Positions 55,021 through 64,000 of a stretch of 64,000 nt of DNA are shown here, one piece after another. Position 1 is the stretch's first letter; the number at the start of each line of letters is the position of its first letter. The notes below the pieces were generated by a model, which did not search any database, was not told the DNA's origin, and saw only the letters and a list, made by a program, of their open reading frames with translations. The DNA is from Octopus vulgaris (lineage: Eukaryota), in assembly GCA_951406725.2 (NCBI GenBank), contig OX597814.1, positions 16,430,001 to 16,494,000 of the forward strand, given 5' to 3'. Made by a program: the position numbers and the translations under genes.

Positions 55021-55552
55021 TATCTATTTTGTTATTAATTTCCGTTAGTATGCTCCCTCGCTTTCTGCGAGTGAATTTTTGTGACTTTTGAAGTTGAAAG
55101 ACGATTTAGCGTCTATCTTCAGAATATAGGCTTACAAAATTTTGTTATTTTTTTTGTATGTCCTTAATTATAATTAGATATATAATTTCACCTTAAATGG
55201 TGTATTTTTATGTGCTGGCCACTGATAAAATTAAAATAAAAAAATTTATCCTTTATTACTATAATTGAAAATCTCATATATATATATATATATAGAATTA
55301 GGTACGTAAGTTGAAATACCAAGTCAGTCTGTTATTATCCGCACAGTTCGAAGTAAGTTGAATAAGAACAAAATAAGTAACAGGATATCAAGTAATAATG
55401 CAGTACAACCGTTTCAAGCGGCTCTATTTAACTGAACTATGCAACATTACAACAATTTAAATGCAATGCTATCTTCAGCTGCACAAATAATTGAAACGAT
55501 CGTACTGTTACCACTCGATATTCTGCTTCTTATTTCGTTTATATACACACAC

Positions 55553-55618
<66 letters not shown>

Positions 55619-56416
55619 GTGTGTATCTGTAATTATAAAATGTGACAGTTATTCGGTAGCCATGATAAAACTCCAAGTTTCGGATGTCGAGCAGGAAACC
55701 CACGCCGGCATCTCTTCAGTTATCGGGCCATCGAAAAACATGCTATCAAAATGACCGTTATGCGCGAAAATAATAACTGTTAATTTAAATGCTCAATATT
55801 GTATAAAAGCAATTTGTACGTATATGAATTAAAGATATAGAAAGATTGGTATCATGCAGACCATTACGTTTACGACTAGGTTAGACCCGTTACGTTTATG
55901 ACTAGGTTAGACCCAAATGAACAATTTTACAACTAAAGGCTTTTCTTCCGATTATTCAATCGTCTGTATTATGGGCGTTACGTTATTCGAAGTGTTGTTC
56001 ATCTGTGACAGACCAGCAGAGAAGGATTTATAGAAATTTGACTAATAACTCTAGTGAGATGAGTAGCTATTTACCAACTTTTAGTGGCTCGTAGATTTCT
56101 GTACTGGAATCTGGAGTACGTAAGTAATTTTCATAGCTAGTCTCATCTATCTTTCTTTGGTCACTGCATAAAGCCAAAATGAAATGAAGAAGCAATGACA
56201 ATTATGTCAGTATTTATTTTCCCGCCGAAATCATAACGAAGGAAAATATATCAGGGAAATTTTTTTAGTTCACTTCCTCACTTAACTTAAATGTTTAGGT
56301 GACCACAGATGATAGAAACCGAACATGAGATCTTTAAAAAATGCTACCATTTTGTCTTTCAATATATAAGGATGACATGAAGAATAAACTGGGATAGCAC
56401 ACTAACAATGATATTA

Positions 56417-56650
56417 AGGCGGCGAGCTGGCAGAATCGTTAGCACGTCGGGCGAAATGCTTAGCGGTATTTCGTCGGCCGTTACGTTGTGAGTTCAAATT
56501 CCGCCGAGGTCGACTTTGCCTTTCATCCTTTCGGGGTCGATAAATTAAGTACCAGTTACGCACTGGGGTCGATGTAATCGACTTAATACCTATGTCTGTC
56601 CTTGTTTGTCCCCTCTGTGTTTAGCCCCTTGTGGGTAATAAAGAAATAGG
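56417..56650 (+). mobile_element. SINE family B, full length
   Basis: Collinear with the other B copies. Confidence 0.92.
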
Positions 56651-58373
56651 TATCTCATGAATGACTTGAAGATTTTTCAATACGAGAAGATTGGAATAAT
56701 ATATGCGAAGGATAAAAAGAAGATTGTTGCTTTTGAAAATGCTTTAAAAGCTTGTAAACTATTATGTATTAACTTTCAAAACCAGATTGCGACTTTGTAT
56801 ACTTCTCCGTCAACCTGTTTCTTCATGAGCATTTTCTGGACCAACTATTTTTTTCTGCATATATATTACATGAAAACGAGAGTAGGCAGATTCGGATAGT
56901 GCATTGATCAAATATTAGTTACATTCTCTATTCAGTTTCATGGAATTCTTCATAGAATTCAAGTGACGCAAGCTATTGTTTTCCTATCGATTTTTGTTGC
57001 TTCTATTGCGTAACTGTGCATTGCAATAGCTTCCTGAAGTACAAGTCAGGAGGAAATAGTTAGACAATTGTGAACTTAATTTGCTTACTGAAACACCAAT
57101 CATTCTCAGTTACAAAAGTTCATTATCAATTCAACGAAAGAAGATTATTAAAGATAGACATTATCATACTCACAATATGGAAAGAAATGGTACTTTACAA
57201 TAAACTTAAATTAACTCTTAACATACTGGGTTACAAATTACATACGGGAATCGGTAAAAGTGACATGGGTATCAAATTTTCATTAAAGATAAAAATTGTG
57301 ATAATAGAAAAGAAAAACAAAATCAGATAAAGATCTGCAAGCAAGGACAAATTTCAATAAAATATCAAGACAACTGGTTACACTTAGAATCGAACAAAAA
57401 GACAAATCACCTTCTAATACGTAGGAAAATGTTGTGCCGCATAGACTTCTGCTATGGATGTTGGAAGTCTATTTCCGAAATTTCCAGTGGATATAAACAT
57501 TCGACTTTGTTAATTTAATGGAATCTGTCTGCTACTTTATGTAATTCGATTGACTTTACATAGGTGACCTCAACAGCTTCTTTGTATTGTAGTAAAAATA
57601 TCTAAATTTTGTTTATCTTACTATATGTAATGGATATAGATCTTGCTAAAGGCCAAATGTCTCAACTAAGTATGGCGCAGGTATGATTGCATGATTAAGA
57701 AGTCTGCTTTGAAAATTCAAGTTTCGTGTTCGTTCCCCAAGCTCGGAACCTCGAACGTGTGCTTTCCAAAATAGATTTTGAAGTTGAAAATACTTGTCAG
57801 TAATATTTGAAACATGAAAAACTTGCTCGGAATTATAGTCCCTATTTTCACATGATAGGTTTAATGTAGTGCTTGAGTCAAATGCACTACTTGGCCTGAG
57901 CTTACTATAAGTGAAATGTGTTCGTTCTTTTTTAAATAGTTACATGAAATCTCCGCTCTGGGGATAAATTTCTCTTCTATTCCTGAAAACTAGCAGAGTG
58001 AGAGTACGTTTGAGATTTGAAGAAGCGTTAAAGCAAAATTGCAAAATAAAAAACTGAAACAGTGATGTGAAATGAAATGGAAGAAAACAGCCTTAAACTG
58101 AAAAGAGATATGTTCTTGCTTTATGTAATAAAAATGGAACAGGAATAGAAACCTTCACAGATCTGATGTCAGTTTTCATGTTAATTATATATACATAGAG
58201 TGAATTGTGACAGATAGAATGTTTAACAGATTCGAATGTTATTTCATAGGAATTTACAGGCCTTGTATCTGTGAACTCGCAAACACAGAAACACTCATAT
58301 ATTCACGAAGGCGCACGAGGGTATACACACACACATACAAACAGCGACACAACACGTATATGTACGTATACGG

Positions 58374-58444
<71 letters not shown>

Positions 58445-58736
58445 AAGAAATAGGCAGATAGACACAGTGACAGAGAGAAAGAGAAACAGAAAGTTCGTGC
58501 ATATGTGTGTAGGTGTGCGCGCGCGAAATCTTATATTAAAAAGTACATTGTGAAATGCACTACAAGCTTGCGCACGCGCGTACAGATATGTACATGTAGG
58601 AAATGAGCATAAATATATACTCAGAATATATTTTCCAAGGATGTGCATGTGTATATGTGCATGTGAATACATTCATATATACAGGGACATAAGAGGACAT
58701 ATACATACATAAATGCATACATGCATTCATACATAC

Positions 58737-58777
<41 letters not shown>

Positions 58778-59405
58778 CGCACATACATATATATTCGTTT
58801 TAAATTCTTAGTTTTGTTTATGCGTACAAGTAGGTATATGCGCGTTTGTGTGTGCGCACGTGCACGGAGACTATGTATGAATTCTATATAGGAAGAGAGA
58901 TCTATCAAAAGATAGCGTAAGAAATTGATACGATTTCTCGTCAAGTTTTAGTCGAAGAAGAGAGGGAAAAATATATGTATTTTTAAATGTTTTTCTTCAA
59001 ATACGAAATATCTTAGAAAACTCATATGATCTCCGAGATGAAAGAGGTAAAATATAATGGAAGAATATATGTTATATTTTCCATCGTATTTTTATATCGT
59101 GCACTGTTTACATTTTATATTTCTTCATCATATTTCCCAATTTCATGTTTCTAAAGATAAATTCTCATTTCCTGCAACCAAATATTTCTAAATCATGTCT
59201 GGTTGAAATCTTATTTCTTGTTGGTGAGCATTCCAAGTTTTTCTTTTTTTTTTTTTGTTTGTTTGGTTCTTTTATTTTTCACTTCGCCTAAATAAATACA
59301 GTGGTTTTAGAAAAAAAAGTAAAAACGTATTCCATGCAAACATATATATATACACAGACAAACATAGATTAATATTTGCAAATATACATATATCTATATA
59401 TATTC

Positions 59406-59454
<49 letters not shown>

Positions 59455-59507
59455 TAAGTACTCAGTAGCAGTGTATGTGTCTATGCATACGTACATCTTT
59501 CTCACTG

Positions 59508-59581
<74 letters not shown>

Positions 59582-59834
59582 CATGCATACATATACATAC
59601 ATACATATATATATATATGTATATATATATATACACACATGTATGTATACATGTATATACTTATATTAATAATACAAGGTTAGTGAGTATAAATCATGTA
59701 TGCATACAAACTCACAATCTTTCCAGGACACTGACGTGCATTCAAACGTCTATACCCAAATCCGTGTATACATATGTACACACATACATTCATACGTATA
59801 TATATTCATGTCTGTCTCCCTCAATATTTGTGTG

Positions 59835-59880
<46 letters not shown>

Positions 59881-59954
59881 ATATATAATATATATAATAT
59901 ATCATATATACATTTATTATATATATCATGTATATATATATATATATATATATG

Positions 59955-61760
59955 ATGGCCGACCACTTGTAACCAAGGAATATCATTGCTGACCTTCAGG
60001 ATCATTGTGCGCTCTAGGACTAACTTATATTTTGCATTTGCGGCTCCGTTGGTGGCTAATGAGCCCTGCTCTTGACAAGCCTACACGATTGCCATCATTG
60101 CAAACCAAGTTTTCCCCATTCACTACACCAGCCGTGCATTTTCACGTAGCACGCTTAAGTTCTTCATGCTGAATACGTGCTTTCTCAAAAGTGTCCACCC
60201 CACTCCTTAACCTGCTTCCTCCGTCTCTGACGATAGCAAGCATTATTCTCGCAGTCAGTCTTCTGCATATCACAGGTGTTTAATGAGGACTTGACACAGT
60301 CCTTAAATTGCAGCCTAGGTTTCTCTCGGGGTCCCTTTCTATTAACAATTTCTCCATATAGAATCTGCGTTGGGTTCCTGCTATTCTGATTCTAATAAGG
60401 TGTCCAGTCCAACGTAACCGGTGCTTGTGCACCATCGCCTCAATACTCAAGATATCAGTTGTCCTCAAGACCTGTGTGTCTGGAATTTTTAAGGTCCAGG
60501 CAACATTGAGAATGTGTTTGAGACAGCTCCGATGAAAGCGTTCAAGGACCCTTACATGACGTTTGTAAAGGGTTCATGTTTCACATAGGTAGAGGGGCGA
60601 TATCAGTACACATGCACGGTACACAGCAATTTTTGTTTACCTTCTGATGCCATGCTAGGACCAGACTCGGGACTGAAGGGACCGGAAGGAATAAGTTGCT
60701 CTCTGCAGCCTGAAAGATATTTCCTCATCCAAGGAGCAACAATGACTGAGTGTGCTGCCCAGGTAGACAAACTTGTCTACCACCTTCAGAATTGTTCCTT
60801 TAACTAATACAGCTAGTTTCACATATGGATTTCCTGGTACAGGCTGGAACATTACAAAAGTTTGTCCAGGTTAATGCTGAATCCAAATGCCTTGCAAGAA
60901 GCAGAAATACAATCCATGAGTATTTGCATGACATCCACTGTATGAGTTACTAAGTCACAGCATCTGCATAAAGGAGGTCACGAATAATAGACTGAAGAAC
61001 TTTTGAACTGGCAGCAAATCGGTGCAGATTAAAGAGGCGGCCAGAAGATCGATATCGGACATATACTCCCAGAGAGCTAAACTTCGCAAAGCATGAGTAA
61101 AAGCAGCAGCAAAGTACAAAGAAAAGAGAATTGGGGCAAGCATTTCCCCCTGCTTGACATCATTCTTTACAGGAATGAGCCCCGCCATGCCACCACCAAC
61201 ATTGACCCCAAGCCTCTATCCCATCATAAAATGATTTAATTATGTGAAAGGACATCTAAGTTTGCCAAGTATTTTCCATAGAAAATTTACAGTATCAAAG
61301 GCCTTCGTTAAATCAGTGAATACCTGGACAAGATCCATATTCTGCTCATAGCACTTCTCCTGCATCTATCTTGCTGTGAAAATCATATGCATTGTCTCTC
61401 TACCAGATTGGAAGCCACATTGAGATTCAGATAGGACATCATTTACGAGACACCCATTCAGGCGGGAAGGAATATTTGCCAGAAAATTGCCAGCTGATGA
61501 TTGTAGAGCAATACCTCTGTAGTTACCACACATTCTTCTGGCTCCTTTTCCTTTATAGACAAGAAAAATAATTGCATCCTTCCAGGCATTAGACCTTGCA
61601 CCATCCAGACTGCATTAAAATGTTCATGAAGGGACTGTGTGATGTAATCACCACGAAATCGCAAATTCCATCCTTTCCAGGTGTCCTACCACGATTCAAT
61701 TTACTTGTTGATGTGAATACTTCATCTATTGAGGGCGTGGAGTTTAAAGAGCCAATGATA
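59955..61760 (-). mobile_element. RTE-clade (BovB-like) LINE, 5'-truncated RT relic
   Basis: PGKDGI, CGNYRGIAL, ESQCGF, DLTKAFDTV, VKQGEMLAPILFSLYF, DLLYAD, FVYLGSTLS, RLRWTGHL, with stops and frameshifts. Confidence 0.92.
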
Positions 61761-61910
61761 TGTCTTTTACATATCAACATACACGTGTATGTGAGTATAT
61801 ATATAACATAAATACATATGCTTATATGTATGTATATATATATATATATATATCTACATGGATATGTATATACATAAATACTTAGGTATCTATCTATCCT
61901 TATACCAATG

Positions 61911-61968
<58 letters not shown>

Positions 61969-62027
61969 TCGCGCTTTTCCTGTGTGAATATATATATATG
62001 TACAGGGATAGATAGATAGATACATAA

Positions 62028-62060
<33 letters not shown>

Positions 62061-62582
62061 TAATTTAAACGTACATTTTTGGTCCGATTTGAATATGTAT
62101 GAAAATGTGGGATCATTCAAGCTAATTTGTCACATCGACACTCATAAATTGCATATCCTCTGTCCGGTGTGTGATCAGTACGGCATTGTTGATTACTATA
62201 TATTCACTTAGATCACTGCTATTCTACTGTGGATAATTTGCATAGATAGTAGCGTGAGTGTAGCAAGGAAGATGTGATCAAGATCTAGTTTAATTGATAC
62301 ATACATTATACTACGGTGCAATTTTTTGATAGTTTGTTCTGCAAGTTATTGCCGAACAAACTCACAGATGATTTTGTTTATAGTGATCAAATGTTTGTGT
62401 GCGTGTGTATATATATATATGTATATATATATATATTGTAGACAAGACAGTAAATTTTGAACGCAGTAAAGCAGTAATAACATGATAGAAGTCGGGGAAA
62501 AGAGTGGCTACGTGAATCGAACACTATCCCGCAGGTACTGCTGAATTTTCTAGCCATTATGGAAGATTGCCCCCAAAAATGG

Positions 62583-62738
62583 ATTACCGTAAAATTTGAT
62601 GCTAAATTATGGGTTTCCAGTGCCACAGCAGTTTATAAACTAAGTTTAGAATCGTCAAGTATGTTTGGTACCTTGCAAACATAAAAAACTGATTGACGTA
62701 TTCAAAAGCTATAATTTAGCATCAAGTTCCGTGGTAAT
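62583..62738. mobile_element. Small MITE-like element with imperfect ~34-bp terminal inverted repeats
   Basis: ATTACCGTAAAATTTGATGCTAAATTATGGGTTT versus reverse complement ATTACCACGGAACTTGATGCTAAATTATAGCTTT. Confidence 0.5.
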
Positions 62739-62743
62739 TTCCC

Positions 62744-62815
62744 GTAGCGTTTAGATTTATAGCTAGAGCTCTCAGTCGGTATCTGAGGGGCATGGGTCCG
62801 AGTCGCGTAGCCGCC
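62744..62815 (+). pseudogene. Degenerate tRNA-like sequence (pseudo-tRNA or SINE head)
   Basis: Perfect anticodon-like arm CTCAG-TCGGTAT-CTGAG, T-loop-like GGTCCGAGTC and 3' AGCCGCC; the 5' acceptor and D arm are eroded. Confidence 0.4.
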
Positions 62816-62970
62816 TTATGACAACTTTTTTTCCGTCTCATAAAGGTAAATCTCCAATCTTTCTCTGCCGTCTTAAAATCTTTACTGCATTCGAAATTTA
62901 CTTTCTTGTCCGCAAAATTTCATCCAAATTCAGCGCTTCCAAGGTTAGTTTATAGTTGTAGACACACACA

Positions 62971-63045
<75 letters not shown>

Positions 63046-63171
63046 CGTATATATATATATATATTCACCTAAATGTCGAAGAATGAGAATTAGTGCTCAA
63101 CACCGTATTGGTGGATAAAGATTTTTTATTCTTGTACTGAGGCTACCATTTCATGTTAAGAAAATATACTC

Positions 63172-63405
63172 CTACTCCTTTACTCTTTCAGTTATTTGAC
63201 TGTGGCCATGCTGGAGCACCGCCTTTAGTCGATCAAATCGACCCCGGGATTTATTCTTTGTAAGCCTAGTACTTATTCTACCGGTCTCTTTTTGCCGAAC
63301 CGTTATGTTATGGGGACGTAAACACACCAGCATCGGATGTCAAGCGATGTTGAGGGGGAACAAACACAGACACACAAACCTATACACACATATACATACC
63401 TAAAT

Positions 63406-63453
<48 letters not shown>

Positions 63454-63622
63454 ATATACACGACGGGCTTCTTTCAGTTTCCGTCTGCCAAATCCACTCA
63501 CAAGGCTTTGGTCGGCGCGAGGCTATAGTAGAAGACACTTGCCCAAGGTGCCACGCAGTGGTACTGAACTCAAACCATGTGGTTAGTAAGCAAGCTACTT
63601 ACGACACAACCACTCCTACACC
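63172..63622 (-). mobile_element. SINE family A, full length
   Basis: Reverse complement of family A. Confidence 0.9.
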
Positions 63623-64000
63623 TTAATCTTCCAAGCCGATCACATGGAGAAATTGGTGTTCGCCTTAATTTCGGATTGATTTATATATTAATGTAACCAC
63701 ATGTGAATCGTTGGCGATATCTTTCTACCTCCGACTTCCATTTCTACTGGACATTCCTCGGTTTCTTGTTTCGAAAGAAGAGCTTTCCTCGGACGTTAAA
63801 CCATCTTTCCTTCCTTCTCCCAGTGCCTGCTAATACTTTACATGTACCACGTCTTTGCGTTGTTGTATTTTTGTGTTTGTTCATGGTTTTTTTTATGGAT
63901 TTACTATATATATATATTACGGAGCTGTACTTCCATAGCAAGTAACTTCATCAGAGATCGTGTGCTGAAACAAAAACAATTGTTGCGTGAAAGCCATTTA

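Noticed and set aside
57070-57400. Possible very old R4/Dong RT remnant (SDMGIKFS)
   Set aside because: A single short motif is insufficient evidence.

Overview
AT-rich eukaryotic DNA, dense in microsatellites and relics of mobile elements, with no confidently identifiable host protein-coding gene. Nearly all ORFs in the supplied track are microsatellite or antisense-repeat artefacts. The repeat families look like those of Octopus/coleoid cephalopod genomes (my recognition, not a database result). The window holds three tRNA-derived SINE families, R4/Dong-, RTE-, CRE- and CR1-like LINE fragments, Penelope-like fragments, mariner/Tc1 relics, MITEs and non-autonomous Helitrons. Most notable: (1) at least five type I hammerhead-ribozyme-like motifs, two of them at the centre of perfect inverted repeats, probably from Penelope pseudo-LTRs; (2) R4/Dong LINEs plus an unclassified ~555-bp non-coding retroposon and a tRNA-only SINE, nearly all bounded by (TAA)n repeats; (3) an odd 180-bp duplication with a GC-rich, garbled spacer; (4) a few unique islands with good splice signals that may be exons of unidentified genes. 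Boundaries of degenerate repeats are approximate.
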